Part shown: one piece after another, positions 25,100 through 39,260 of the stretch
Layout: the number at the start of each line of letters is the position of its first letter
Numbering within the stretch: the stretch's first letter is position 1
NCBI GenBank assembly: GCA_951406725.2
Contig: OX597814.1
Coordinates: 217,434,001-217,498,000, forward strand
Length of the DNA stretch: 64,000 nucleotides
Direction of reading: 5' to 3'
DNA from: Octopus vulgaris
Taxonomy: Eukaryota
Notes under the pieces: model-generated
The model's database searches: none
What the model was told of the DNA's origin: nothing
The model's input: only the letters and a program-made list of their open reading frames with translations
Made by a program: the position numbers and the translations under genes

Positions 25100-25305
25100 A
25101 AGCCTTAAACATTTTTCCTCACTCTGTCTTTTTTTTTTTTTTTTTTGTCTTTCGTTCTCTCTTCTTTATTTTTCTTCTCAATCCTTTCTGTCGAAGAGCG
25201 TAGGTTCGAAACGTCAAAGACTTTTCCATTCTTCCTGAGCGTCAAGCTAATTCACTTGCTTGTTATTCTTTCACATGTCTTCGTCTTTTGCTTTCTATAA
25301 ATTTG

Positions 25306-25310
<5 letters not shown>
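25100..25310 (+). mobile_element. Penelope-like terminal fragment in (TA)n
   Basis: CTGTCGAAGAGCGTAGGTTCGAAACGTC..GAGCGTCAAGCTAAT; homologues at 29730-29900(-) and 54620-54781(+). Confidence 0.65.
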
Positions 25311-25356
<46 letters not shown>

Positions 25357-25458
25357 TTAATCAGCCAAAATTTGCTATGATGATCCGGTTTCTGACTGAA
25401 GATTAAAGGCTTCGAATGACCCGTCTGTTTTCTGTGTTCGTTCCTTTGTGTAATTCAC

Positions 25459-25521
<63 letters not shown>

Positions 25522-25652
25522 CAATAAAGGGTTTAGCAACGAATTGCCTTACCACATACCGAATTTAGAAATAGCAGTCAAAGGGTTATAGCTTACTTGG
25601 TGTAATTGATAATTATTCCAAATTAATTAATTTCACCCTTCATTATTACGGA

Positions 25653-25705
<53 letters not shown>

Positions 25706-26035
25706 GTAAATACACGATCACAAAGACAGGGATGTGCGTGACTGGGCTGTTAAATAAGGAGGAAATAATAAAATATTCAGAAATGTCTTCCTTTAAATTT
25801 TTCCTATTGTACACTCCCTGTTGTTGAACAAACTGATCGCATTTTACTATTGAAAGGACGATTGCAAGTCAAAATATGTTTATATTATACTTTATGTAGA
25901 GGACACACATTTCATATTTTCTATTGCAATAGAATGGGTAATATTTAAAGTACCTGAGTCGATATAAATAACTGTTCTAAGCCGTGCACCAGCATGGCCA
26001 AAACGTAATTAGTGAAATCAGCAAAAGAATAGCAA

Positions 26036-26205
26036 TGTATACATACATACATACATACATACACACACACATACATACACACACACATACATACATACAT
26101 AAATACATACATACATACATACAAACATACATACATACATACATATACACACACACACACATACATACATACATACATACATACATACATACAACATACA
26201 TACAT

Positions 26206-26238
<33 letters not shown>

Positions 26239-26394
26239 TACATACATACATACAAACATACATACATACATACATACATACAAACATACATACATACATA
26301 CATACATACACACATACATACATACATACATACAAACATACATACATACATACATACAAACATACATACATACATACATACATACATACATACA

Positions 26395-26450
<56 letters not shown>

Positions 26451-26482
26451 CGCACACACACACACACACATACACACACACG
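26036..26482. repeat. Compound (CATA)n/(CA)n/(TA)n microsatellite
   Basis: Directly visible. Confidence 0.97.
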
Positions 26483-26657
26483 TACTTTTCTTTATGTCGG
26501 ATGAATGAGGCGAGAGAAGTATTCAATACTAGTAGAGGATATGGACTTTTTTTTTATGGAAACTAATACTGAAAGGTTTTGGCTTGCGAATCGGGTTTCA
26601 AGATTGAAGATCGGAGAACTTGATTCGCGAGACAAGCTCTTAATCTCTCTTTTCAGA

Positions 26658-26747
<90 letters not shown>

Positions 26748-26749
26748 TG

Positions 26750-26783
<34 letters not shown>

Positions 26784-26791
26784 GAATAGGC

Positions 26792-26825
<34 letters not shown>

Positions 26826-27075
26826 GATTATTTTGAAAATACATTGTATTGGACCTAATACTGTATATTAGAACTAAATTGCAAGCCAAATGTCTCCTAC
26901 TACCACTCACTCACTCACTCACATTCACTCTCTATTTCTCGTTTAACAGTCACATACTTTAAAACACTATATCATTTATGCGACAAATAACTAACTCACA
27001 AGATATCTCGAATTATGTGTGTAGTTTTTGCTTACATTTGTGTGTGTTCGTGTGTGTGTGTGTGTGTGTGTGTGT

Positions 27076-27109
<34 letters not shown>

Positions 27110-28188
27110 TGTATTCTTGCGGGTCCTTTCTGCATCGTGACAACAGCTTTTAGAAGAAATTATCTTTCGACTGTTAGTTTAGTATCTTTCCCCGAAAAGA
27201 AAAATAAAATCCCTTTATTCTTTATTTATGGTCCCCTTTCGGCCATTTCGAGTACCTCCTTTTTCTGGTTTTGTATTTTTTTTATCAAACAATGCTGGAC
27301 AATCGTCATACCATTATTCGTGTCATATACATATAGAGAGACGTGTTTTCACGAACAATAGCACCTGTGTTCTGAAAGGATATGTCTGTTTTGTTGAAGC
27401 AACTATCAAAGCGTGGAATAATGGCTGACGTTGTGTTGTACACTTTTAAACTTATATTAGTAACACAAAACGCAGATTTGCGTTTTTGAATAGCAGCTTT
27501 TTCTTTTTCATCTTTTTCTTTCATTTTTTTTTTTTTTTTTTGTGGCGCGTATATTAAAACTGCACTTTATATTACACTTCACAAATGTCAAACGAACAAT
27601 CTTTGATAACAATTCATGAAAACCCCCGACATTCTTTGCATAACCAAGGCTATCATAAAGAAAGAGTGGTCTAGAAAATAATTGACGCTATAAAGAAATA
27701 CCAAGCCTTTACAAACACAATAAATATGCTCTAACCTAGCCAACTATCCATGTATTTAGATTGCATACTGGCAAAATCGTTAGAGCGTCGGAAAGAGCAT
27801 TCGTTCTGACTCTCAGCGCTCAGAGTTCAAATCCTACCTTTCATTCTTTCGAGCTCGATAAAAAAAAAAGGACCCGTTCAAGTCGGTGGACTGGTGGGAC
27901 TGTGAGAATGTCGGACTGGCTACCTTGAAGTATTTAGACTTATCCTGTCGCCCACTTTATTACCACTACGTAACACTTAGGTAGCTTTAGCGGTGTTTAT
28001 CCTGCAGCAAGTACTCAAACTAGTTCTCCGGTTTGAGGATCCCTCCGTCCTACCAATCTTGGCGGCCCTGTGACGAGTCAGGGAGCACTGCCTTCACTCC
28101 TCACTAAAAGACAAACATTCAGAGTATGTATGGAGGCATGTGGACTAGAGGTGAGGGTTCCATCTCATGAACGTATGAACGTTAGATT

Positions 28189-28272
<84 letters not shown>

Positions 28273-28466
28273 TGCTTTCAGTGCGAATGTTTTTTATACG
28301 GCGCAATGTTTACAATCCTGTAAATAATAATATGGTATTTTTTATATAAGCTTATGGCGATCACCGTGCTATGACTAAGGAAAAAACTGAAAAGAAAGAA
28401 AAAAGTCGTGTCCACCTCGTCTTTGTGAGTTTTTTTATTTTTGTATATTTTGGGACAATATATATA

Positions 28467-28764
28467 CTGTAATACCTCTCCATATTACGGTTCACCTATT
28501 GCGGTTCACCTATCGGAGTTCACCTGTCGAGGTCCACCTATCGCGGTTCACCTGTCGAGATCCACCTATCGCGGTTCACCTGTTGCGGTTTATTATTTAA
28601 GCTTATGCCGATTCCTCTGTGGTATTGTCTTGCATGTATAATAAAATAATAAATGCAAATTATAAAAATAATAAAAAATATATGCAGTACAGTACTGTTT
28701 CGACTTCGCAGATTTTCATCTATTGTAGGGGGTTTGGGAACGTAGCACCTGCGATCGACGAGGG
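28467..28764. mobile_element. Tigger-like MITE with a 14-bp minisatellite
   Basis: Left end TA-CTGTAATACCTC; right end GGAACGTAGCACCTGCGATCGACGAGGG (truncated); 7 x CGGTTCACCTATCG at 28488-28590. Confidence 0.65.
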
Positions 28765-29729
28765 TGGGCAGGGGACGTATGGCCCGTTGTCCCAGTCTTG
28801 GATGAACCTTGAAGCTAATGTTCAGGTCGTTTGGGCAAAGTTGACAGTATATTCTCCACATCGTACAAATGATGTACCGCTCACGGCGACGCTGGAGAGA
28901 GAAGAGTTTCAAGGCTTTAAGGCGATCCCAATAATCGAGAGCAGCCATGCCTTCAATTCGTTTAGTGAGTGCCCTCTGGGGTGATTCAATCCTCGAGATG
29001 TTTTGTCTTGTATGGGGAGACCACAGTGGGCAGCAATATTCGAGGAGAAAAGTGGTATGATGACACCTTGTTCTCTGGACCGGAAAGTTCTTAAGATCCA
29101 TGAACTCATCCTACGAGCTATATCGACCTAATTGTTGATGTGGGCACTCCAACTGAGATCGTCATCAACAATTACACTCAGGTCTCTGATATTGTTAGAG
29201 GCTGTGAGCGGTTCCCCTGAAGGAAGAGAGTATGGCTGTTTTAGTGAGGAATTTCTTCCAAAATGCATCAGCTCAAATTTTCCCTCGTTCAGTTGCATTT
29301 TGTTTCTGTCTGCCCATTGACTCACAGCATATAGATCAGACTGGAGTTGAGTTCGGTCTGCTTCTTCATTGATGATTTGCTGGAGCTTAGTGTCATCAGC
29401 AAATATTTTCACTTTGCAGTAATGTACGACACTGGAAAGGTTGTTTATGTAAATTATAAAGAGTAACGGGCCCTGGGGGACACCGCTGGTGACTTTTGCT
29501 GGGCTTGAGTGGACTCCATCAACTACAACATGTTGTGTTCTATTCGCCAGGAAATACTTAATCCAGTGTAGAAGTTTTCCACGGATTCCATCATTTGCCA
29601 ATTTTGAGAGTAGGATATTATGGTCAACCCTGTCGAACGCTTTACTGAAGTCAAGATATATGACATCAGAGTTCGAACCTGTTCCCAAGGCTTTGAGTAT
29701 ATCTTCAATGTGATGTAAGAGCTGTGTAA
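28765..29729 (-). pseudogene. CR1-group LINE reverse transcriptase fragment
   Basis: DVIYLDFSKAFDRVDH, SGVPQG, FADDTKL, LSWSAHI, LEYCCPLWSPH, SLQRRRER; in-frame stop at 29128 and deletions. Confidence 0.93.
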
Positions 29730-29907
29730 GACAGAATTTACAAAAAAGACAAAAGACGGGTGTGTAAACAACAAACAGATGTATTAGTTTAACGCTCGGG
29801 AGGTGAGAAAGTCTTTTACATTTCGAGCTTACGCTCTTCGACAGAAAGGAACACAGAAATAAACAGGGAGAGAAAATAGAAAAAGGTTTAGTGGTTAACG
29901 ATGTATG

Positions 29908-29991
<84 letters not shown>

Positions 29992-29998
29992 ATATATA

Positions 29999-30041
<43 letters not shown>

Positions 30042-30059
30042 GTACATATACATATATGC

Positions 30060-30570
30060 ATAAATTGGGGCAGGACATCACCAACTGTGTCAATAACATA
30101 AGACAAGTAGACAAACGAGTTAAGTACCTAAAGAACGAGAGAAAATGGAAAACGGGGCAAATAAACACAGAGAAACGACCCTTCATCAGGTGTTGGCTGT
30201 CTATCTACTCCTCATTTCGAGCATTCAACGACAATATGAGTCTTCGAAGACAGTTGCTCCCATCAATTCTAAAATAAAATTTAGGATTTATGGAGGCTTA
30301 AAGTTGGGAACAAAAACAGGACAGAGGAGACATAGAAGGAAACCGAACGGAAACAAACATGGAGGGTCGTTAGACGAGGACAAGAAGAAAATAGTGAACG
30401 CTGGGAGAAATATTTTCTTTGAAAAGAGAAATGATAGAAGAGAGAGAAAAAATGTCCGTTCTTTTGAACGTCCGTACAGGAAAAGAAAGATGGACGATGG
30501 TCACATGTGAGCAACGAGATAGAGAAAAAGAGGAGGGGAGACAGAGAGAATATATATTCGGTAAATAGAC
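30060..30570 (-). mobile_element. Unclassified (possibly Penelope-like) element end abutting (TA)n
   Basis: Purine-skewed segment next to (TA)n with a CTGATGAAGGG motif on the - strand; classification is inference. Confidence 0.35.
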
Positions 30571-30579
30571 TGTACTTAA

Positions 30580-31675
30580 GGTGCCATGCACTCTTTCCTC
30601 AAGTGAATACCTCGTAGCATGAAACACTGCAAGGGAACTCAGAGTAAGTGTCGACCACAACATAAGCTGGAGTGCCCACATCAACAGCAACATTGACGTG
30701 CTCCTGGATCCTCAGGATTTTCCCTTCTAGAGACGCTCTTACCATTATCCTTCAGTTCATCCATTATATATAGCGGTGTATAGGTAATGGATATACCAAT
30801 TTACATATTAAACGCATTCCTGGAAGCTGGTACGTAAATACTAATGACTTGCAGGTAGCTGGTATTTCACTATGCAACCATAGTATAGTATAAAGTATAT
30901 TAAACGTGTTTGCATTATTTTCTAGGGTTATCTCTACAGATACAAAACGTAGTAACAAAAATCAGTGCTGGCAATAATTTCTATAGAATATCTGTAAAGA
31001 TAACCTTAACAAATACTGAATACTGTTGTCCGCTGGGGTCTCCTTACACGAAGCAAAATATTATAAAAACTGAAACAACTGAAACAAATAGGCGCAGGAG
31101 TGGCTGTGTGGTAAGTTGCTTGCTTACCAACCACATAGTTCCGGGTTCAGTCCCACTGCGTGGCATCTTGGGCAAGTGTCTTCTGCTATAGCCCCGGGCC
31201 GACCAATGCCTTGTGAGTGGATTTGGTAGACGGAAACTGAAAGAAGCCTGTCGTATATATGTATATATATGTATATATGTGTGTGTGCGTGTGTGTATGT
31301 TTGTGTGTCTGTATTTGTCCCCCTAGCATTGCTTGACAACCGATGCTGCTGTGTTTACGTCCCCGTCACTTAGCGGTTCAGCAAAAGAGACTGATAGAAT
31401 AAGTACTGGGCTTACAATGAATAAGTCCCGGGGTCGATTTGCTCGACTAAAGGTGGTGCTCCAGCATGGCCGCAGTCAAATGACTGAAACAAGTAAAAGA
31501 GAGTAACCCAGAGATCAATCAACTAAAAACAATTAGACATGGCAGGTCTTGACTCTGGGGATCAGCTCGAGAAGCTTAGACTTTATTCCCTCCAACGCCG
31601 CAGTGAACATTATTTGTATGATGTGGAAAATATGAGTATTCCAACAGTATTGCTAAAATGATGTTGATAGCATCA
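30580..31675 (+). pseudogene. Second, more decayed copy of the same CR1-group RT, interrupted
   Basis: VDHNISWSAHINS..SWILR (30650-30720), EYCCPLGSPYTKQNI (31018-31062), DMAGLD..LEKLRLYSLQRR (31538-31603); split by 30755-31010 and by SINE A. Confidence 0.8.
31091..31504 (+). mobile_element. SINE family A, full length
   Basis: GGCGCAGGAGTGGCTGTGTGG head through the GTAAAAGAG tail. Confidence 0.92.
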
Positions 31676-31880
31676 ATCTTAAATAAACACACACATACAC
31701 ACACTCATGGACATGCATACACACACAAACACTCACACACATGTTGTTGGTATTACTTTTATTCCGTCATTTCGATGGTTTCAAGAAAACGCTTTAGACA
31801 CACCATCAATATTACAACATAGATGTTGTCTACGTACATCTCGTCAGATAAACGTCTTAGAAAGTTATACACATATATGT

Positions 31881-32264
31881 GGAAGCACTCCGTCGGTTAC
31901 GACGACGAGGGTTCCGGTTGATCCGAATCAACGGAACAGCCTGCTCGTGAAATTAACCTGTAAGTGGCTGAGCACTCCACAGACACGTGTACCCTTAACG
32001 TAGTTCTCGGGGATATTCAGCGTGACACAGAGAGTGACAAGGCCGGTTCTTTGAAATACAGGTACAACAGAAACAGGAAGTAAGAGTGAGAGAAAGTTGT
32101 GGTGAAAGAGTACAGCAGGGATCACCACCATCCCCTGCCAGAGCCTCGTGGAGCTTTTTAGGTGTTTTCGCTCAATAAACACTCACAACGCCTGGTCTGG
32201 GAATCGAAACCGCGATCCTACGACCGCGAGTCCGCTGCCCTAACCACTGGGCCATTGCGCCTCC
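31881..32264 (-). mobile_element. SINE family B, full length
   Basis: Reverse complement of 45757-46137; TSD-like TATA(C/A)ACATA at 31866-31875 and 32265-32274. Confidence 0.92.
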
Positions 32265-33028
32265 TATAAACATAAATAGGAGAATTTTATCTGGGTTTTG
32301 AAAATTTTGTAATAGATTTATTCAAATACCAAATCGTTTCGACAATTTTTTTCGTTTATCAATGGTAAAACAATAAATAAATAAGGGACTTACAAGAGAA
32401 AATTCGGAAAATCATATTTAAACGATCAAATGTTCAGATGTTCAGAGAAATTTCAATGAGTTTCACAGAATAGACAGTAATATAAGTTTTAAATGTTAGG
32501 CTTAGGAAGGGGGGGGCGAAGAGAGGCAATAAGTATGAGTGGAGAAGAGATAAAAAGAAAAGAGGGAGAGAAGTGTTGAGTTGGAAAAGAAGGACTAAAG
32601 GGAAGAGAAGGAAAGAAGAGGTAGTGAGGAAGGAATAGAAAGAATAGAGGAGAGGAGGAATAGAAAAAGGGATAAACTATGACCGAAATCAAAGAATTAG
32701 TGTATGCAATCGGGTCATCAGACTGAAAAACATTTGCATTGTCTTCAGATCAAATACTATCCAGGTATTGTGTTAAAATTTCATATATTGTCAACTTAAA
32801 TCTTATTTATGCCTTGTCTTGTATGTCACTGTAAAAACCAGTATAACTGGAGCACAGCCATGGATTTACAATATAGAATGGTGATGAACTCTAACCTTGG
32901 GCCCTGTCACAAGAATACGCGGAATTCTTTACAGGAAGTAAACAATATTGTAAACCTCGTGAACTAACTAACAGAGAGCTTATAAGGTATTTTGCCTGGA
33001 TTGATAAATCCCTCTTTAATAACTTTAC

Positions 33029-33059
<31 letters not shown>

Positions 33060-33233
33060 TGTATGTATGTATGTATGTTCCACCGAGGTCGACTTTGGCT
33101 TTCATCCTTTCGGGGTCGTTAAAATAAGTACCAGCTGAATACTGGGCCGATCTAATTGATTTAGAAATATACATGTGTGTGTGTGTGTGTGTGTGCGTGT
33201 GTGTATGTATGTATGTATATGCATACATATATA

Positions 33234-33363
33234 CAGGGTGTCCCCAAAAAATGTATACGCACCTTAAATAATTGTAAATTTGTTATTCTTTGTAAGCCTA
33301 GTACTTATTCAATCGTTCTCTTTTGCCGAACCATTATGTGTATATATTTTTTGGGACACCCTA
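33234..33363. mobile_element. Tc1/mariner-type MITE (130 bp)
   Basis: TIRs CAGGGTGTCCCCAAAAAATGTATAC / GTATATATTTTTTGGGACACCCT, flanked by TA. Confidence 0.8.
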
Positions 33364-33391
33364 TATATGCATACATATATGTTTGCATGCA

Positions 33392-33489
<98 letters not shown>

Positions 33490-34130
33490 CATGTATATAA
33501 AGGTAAAAGGATATGGGGAAACAGCGCGGGCTCGAAATCAAAATAATGAACATAGATAAATTGGAATTTAATAATGAATTGGAAATACTTAATGATTAAT
33601 CATTACAGTTCTAGTCTTGCCCGCCACTGCCTGCGTTGCTTATTCGGGTGGCTTATTCGGGTGGCGTATCTCTGATGTGTGTGATTCATTATTTTATTTC
33701 GGGTATGAAGGCATTGAGCTGGGGGAATCGTCGGACGAAATACTTAGCAGCATTCTTTCCGGCTTTACGTTCTTTGCTTTTTATTCTTTCGGGGTCGATA
33801 AAATGAGTACCAGTCGAGCACTGGGATCGATGCAATCGATGCAATCTTCCTCCCCCCGAATTTCAGGCCTGGTGCCTATAAGTGGAAAGCATTATATTAT
33901 GTCAACATAGGCGGCGAGCTGACAGCATCGTTAACACGTCGGACAAAATGTTTAGCGGACATTTCTCCTGTTCCATTACGTTCCACCGAGGTTCAGTTTT
34001 CCTTTCAAGCTCTCTGGGCCGATAAAATAATTAGCAGTCAAGTACTTGGGTCGAAATGCTGGCCTCTCCCCACTAAAACATTACTGGCCTTGTGCTAAAA
34101 TGTTGAAGCGATTATATTACGTGAATATAC

Positions 34131-34202
<72 letters not shown>

Positions 34203-34460
34203 TGTGTACAGTGCTCAGGTGCACTACAACTCATCTAAAGTGTATATATAATCAGGTGTAGTTTCGGCGGATTTCGGAAAGCATGAGGGCCTTAAAGGAT
34301 GCAGTGTCATGGCAGTCAACAACTGACGCAGGCAGTTTGTTCCATGCTTCAGCAACTCTGAGCGTGAAAAAATGTTTCCAAAAGTCATGGGAGCTGTGTT
34401 GTTTTCTGACTTAGTAGGCATGTCCACGTGTGTTAGACACATGGAGATCAAAAAGGTGTT
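34203..34460 (-). mobile_element. CR1-group LINE 3' end
   Basis: SNTRGHAY..VRKQHSSHDFWKHFFTLRVAEAWNKLPASVVDC; ends in the (ATT)n tract 34131-34202. Confidence 0.88.
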
Positions 34461-35078
34461 ATATCTTCATTATATTACGAATGCGAGCGAGGTGTATATA
34501 TGTAAGAGCGATTTCTTTTTCTATTTTGAATGTCATCATAGCGAATATATTACCCTTTGGTACTTCTTATGGGACAGTAAAATTATAGTTGTATTTATAG
34601 AGTTAATGCCTTCTGTGAATTAATATTCACTGCGCAGACATGCTCAGACATGCCTATCAGGAAGTTCAGTATAGGGATTAAGTTAAGTATGGTGAGACAT
34701 CGGAAATAATAAATTACCATAGTTATCTCGAAGGATTAGAGCATATTAGCTGGTGTTTACTGGATATTTCTGGTTTTATCTACCTAGATATACTGACGCC
34801 GCAGGAATTAAATTCTATGTCGATGAACCAACAAGTAAGCTTCTACGCGGACACCCCGCTTACTAAAAATAATAGCCAATATTCACCTAATTGCACACAA
34901 GCATCTTACAAACCGTAAAAATTCACTGGATTCTGTAATCCGAGATATCTTTAGTCTGGAAAAAAGAAAAGATTAGATGGTCTAGGATAGAATGTCTTCG
35001 ATCATTGGTTTGCTTAATCAAGGCTGACCTGAAACTAAACAACAATAACTGAAGAGGCTGCCACAACAATATGTCAGA

Positions 35079-35142
<64 letters not shown>

Positions 35143-35155
35143 GGTGGTGGTGGTG

Positions 35156-35191
<36 letters not shown>

Positions 35192-35777
35192 GCAGCAGCA
35201 GCAGTAGTAGCGGATGAAACCTTTGAACCACTCAGGTGACAACCCTCCAATCCATGGGTCTATTTGGGTAGTCGTTGCTGATGAGGGTCTTACGAGGTTG
35301 GAGTACAAATCCTAACTCAAACTCTTTTTGTCGCTTTTTACGACACGCAGAGGAAATGTTGAGTGTATTCTTTGACAGGCCGGCCCCACACAGCTTTTAT
35401 ATATGAAATACGCTTCAAATATATATAGGAAAGGAAAACAAAAACGTTTTGATGTTCAGGGTTTTCTCATAATCATTGTCGAGATAACATCAAAAATTCC
35501 TGTTGAGAATCGAAACCCGATAACGAATTTGGTCCACCCATGACGAATTTGGTTTACCCATAACTTATTGGATGATAAAGAACAGCAGAATCTAATTATC
35601 TAATTGATTTATTCACACCAAATTTTCGTTGTTGAGTTGGAGACAAAATTTTAAAATGTCTGCAATGTAAGCATTCTATCATTATGGTTCCATTACCGTA
35701 AGAACTTTCAAACGTAGCACTTAAAACTAACAAAACGCTCATTGATTATACTCTTGACGGTTTTCTCGTGATTTATG

Positions 35778-35822
<45 letters not shown>

Positions 35823-36020
35823 TATATATATATACACACATATATATATACATATATTTCTTTATTGCCCACGAGGGGCTAAACATAGAGGCGACAAACA
35901 AGGACAGACAACCGGATTAAGTCTATTACATCGACCCCAGTGCGTAACTGATACTTTATTTATCGACCCCGAAAGGATGAAAGGCAAAGTCGACCTTGGC
36001 GGAAGGTATATATATATATG

Positions 36021-36084
<64 letters not shown>

Positions 36085-36529
36085 CACCATCCTTTGAAAA
36101 TAAATTACCCAGTGTGTCTTTTCCTAAAGATATGTAAGGATAATTTTGGTTTATTTATTTATTTATTTATTTATTTAATTTTGTCAATTGAGCGACCGAG
36201 GAGAAAGAATTTTTCATTTGTTAACCGGAAGTAAATTTGGTTGTTTTTGTTGTTGTTTGACTCCATATCAGCTCTGTTTGAGCAGACCGATCATCCTGCA
36301 TTTATTTTTTTTTTTTTTTTGTACATCAGAGACTACGTTGTTCCATATCTCCATTTAAAACGGCAGAGTGTGTGATTTGCAAGAGATTTGGTTGTTATTT
36401 CCAGCAGATCCAGAGACCATGCAGAAGCTCCCGATATGCATTGTTATCACCTTACATGGGGGACATCATTGTAAGGCATCGTCCATGTAGCAGGCAGACC
36501 GAGTGACACTTTCGCCTGTCAAAAAACAG

Positions 36530-36598
<69 letters not shown>

Positions 36599-36707
36599 CG
36601 TTTTTACATCACTCCTTCATGTAAGCGCAGGTGTGAAGTATGACTTGCTTTGGGTCTCCAACAGGTAGTGGGGAAAAAGATGTGCCCGTGTCACGATAAC
36701 ATATCCT

Positions 36708-37028
36708 GAGACCCCCTTCGGTCATGAATGGTCATGGGATTGTAACTAGAAAGTTACCCTCCGCGGCACAAGTCCGGGCAAGTTTGTTTATGGAAGACCA
36801 GCAGTACTCCATGCTTCCCCTCTCCACGCCACCCATGTTGTCCAAGGGAAAGGCAAAAGGGGCCGATACAACGTGGCACCTGTGACATCGCAACTCATTT
36901 CTACAGCTGGAGTAGCGTGAAATAAAGTACCTTGCCCAAGAGCACAACATACAGCCCGGTCCGAGAGTCGAACTCACTACCTCATGACGATGAGGCCGAC
37001 GCTCTAATCACTGAGCCATGCACTTTCA
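36708..37028 (-). mobile_element. SINE family C
   Basis: Reverse complement of 1808-2160. Confidence 0.88.
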
Positions 37029-39260
37029 AATATACTTACATTGGCTCGATTATAATTAGCTACCTGCTAGAAATAACCATCAAATCTTATACAGGTGAAC
37101 TATATAGTCTTTTAAATGGACATATTTATTGGGCAACGTAATTGCTGATATACAAGACGATGGAATGTTCGCCGCGGGAGTAATTTTGACAATAAGTCTA
37201 CTCAATTCGGACTTATCTGGAGGCTAAACCAAAAGCAACAATAACGTATTTACTGCTAGCTAATGAGAGCTATTGTTGCTGTTATTGCTTTGTCCCAAGT
37301 CAGATACAATTAAGTAGGCCGATGACCAAAAGACTTTGAAGCTGTCATCTTCCCCTCTGTTTCTGGAGTGGGATGGTTATCAGATTCAGTGTGTCTGGAA
37401 CAATAGAGTAAGATGGAATTTGAAGGAGATTATGTTGCTGTTTTTATCAGGTTGAGAGACCGCGCAGGGTTGATTTCATTTTTTTTTTTTGGTGTAACTC
37501 AGCAGTCGATGGTTTGTATACCACCATCGACACTTCGGTGCTGGGATACCAAGCAACGACTTTTAATCTGGCAGTGAGTCTCCCTATAGACATAAGCAGT
37601 TGCAACTTCAATTTACCCAGTTATTATTATTTCTCATAATAGTAGAAATGTGTGAGAGAAGAACATTGATAACAGCACAGTTATGGTTGTTAATGTTGTA
37701 TAAAAACATTAAATGAGTACTATATGTGCATTTGAGTGGTATAATTTATCAAGTTAGCATTCTCCATTGTCAACCCTGTCGCCTCGGCCATAAATCTGAG
37801 ATCTATCGCCCCGAATACAAAACAGAAGAAAACTGAACATTAATCATTAATGGACAATAGATGTTTGTACCAGTCGCTTTTGAGATTCATTCTCCTCGGT
37901 CCCAGACTATTGCTCTCCTCTGTCAAATTAGGATGAAAGGGTCACACCAGAGAAAGGAGGCCTCATGAAATGGATTGATTCATACAACGGATATCACTGG
38001 CTGTTCTTCGCAGCAATGCTTTGCCCGTAGGGTGTAACTAAGTTAAGCTGCACAGTACTGGTTGTGACAGTTCACTTCTGTTTTTTTTTTTTTTTTTTTT
38101 ATGATGTCTACATATAATTTTTGCTTTGAATTATATCTTAGATATTAAAATATCTCTCTGCGTGTGACATTAGGTCGTATGTCTGACGTCAATTTCTATG
38201 ACACTTGATTTGAAGTAGAAAATTACTTTTTATTTTCAGAAAGCAAAAAGAAGATTGCTTTCACTTTTTCTCGTAGGTAATAAAAACAGGTTCAATTGAC
38301 ATCTCAATTTTTAGTGTTAAATTGTACGGTGGGAAGTTGGTAGAATCGTTAGCACGCTGGGGGGAAAAGCTCAATGACACTTTGCTTTCATCTTTTCAGG
38401 GTCAATAACAGAAGTACCAGTTGAGCGTTGGGGGGGGGGGTCAATGTAATCGACTAAATGCTTTGCTTTTCATCCTTTCGAGGTCGATACTTCTAAATAC
38501 CAGTCGTACATTGAGGTCGATCAACTTGGTCCCTCTCCCAAAATTGCTGGTCTTGTTCCGACATTTGAAGCCAATTATTACCATAAAAGATGTCAGAAAA
38601 ACTAGACTATTCTACCAAATAAAGTAGTTCCTCATTTAATACAAATTTCATTAAATATCTCTTATATGTCTGGAAGATACCAGTTTCCCCATAAATCTGC
38701 ATAGAGAATGCAAACTCAAATATTGTATTTCAATGGAAGAGTTTCACTTTTTGGTTCAATAATATTTCACCTCTTTTAAAATAATTACTCTAGAAAATAT
38801 TGGCACATTCATTTAAATAAGAAACTTCAAAGCATGAGTTTACTTACGGGACTTAACCACTGGAAGTGTAGCCCGTAAAATTACAATTTTAATTTTTAGT
38901 AGGTTTTGTTTTTCTCTCGTCTGCTTCTCATCCATATAACTTTGTTTTCTGATGTGTAATAACACTTTTATTTTCTCAAGCCAATATATTCTGCTTGTTA
39001 GACGGCGAGCTGGCGGAATCGTTAGCAAAATGTTTAGCGGTATTTCGTCCGATTTTACGTACTGAGTTCAAATGCCGCCTGGGTCGACTTTGCCTTTTAT
39101 CCTCTCGAGGTTTCGAGGTCGATAAAATAAGTACCAGTTGAACACTGGTACTTGCTGGTCTTGTGCCAAAATTTGAAACCAATATTTTCTGTTTGGAAAA
39201 CCATCGTAATGTTCGTGAAGCCAAAATATTTGCATTTCTGGCGCAAATTATTTATTTCAT

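Noticed and set aside
27229-27238. miR-133-like TGGTCCCCTT
   Set aside because: Only 10 nt match, the 3' half differs, and no precursor hairpin is evident.
28538-29774. Functional RT gene; likewise functional transposases at 54941-55583 and 60425-60897
   Set aside because: All carry stops, frameshifts or deleted catalytic segments.
38240-38276. Possible 37-nt exon (TTTCAG|...TAG|GTAATA)
   Set aside because: Splice-like signals are common in AT-rich DNA; no independent support.
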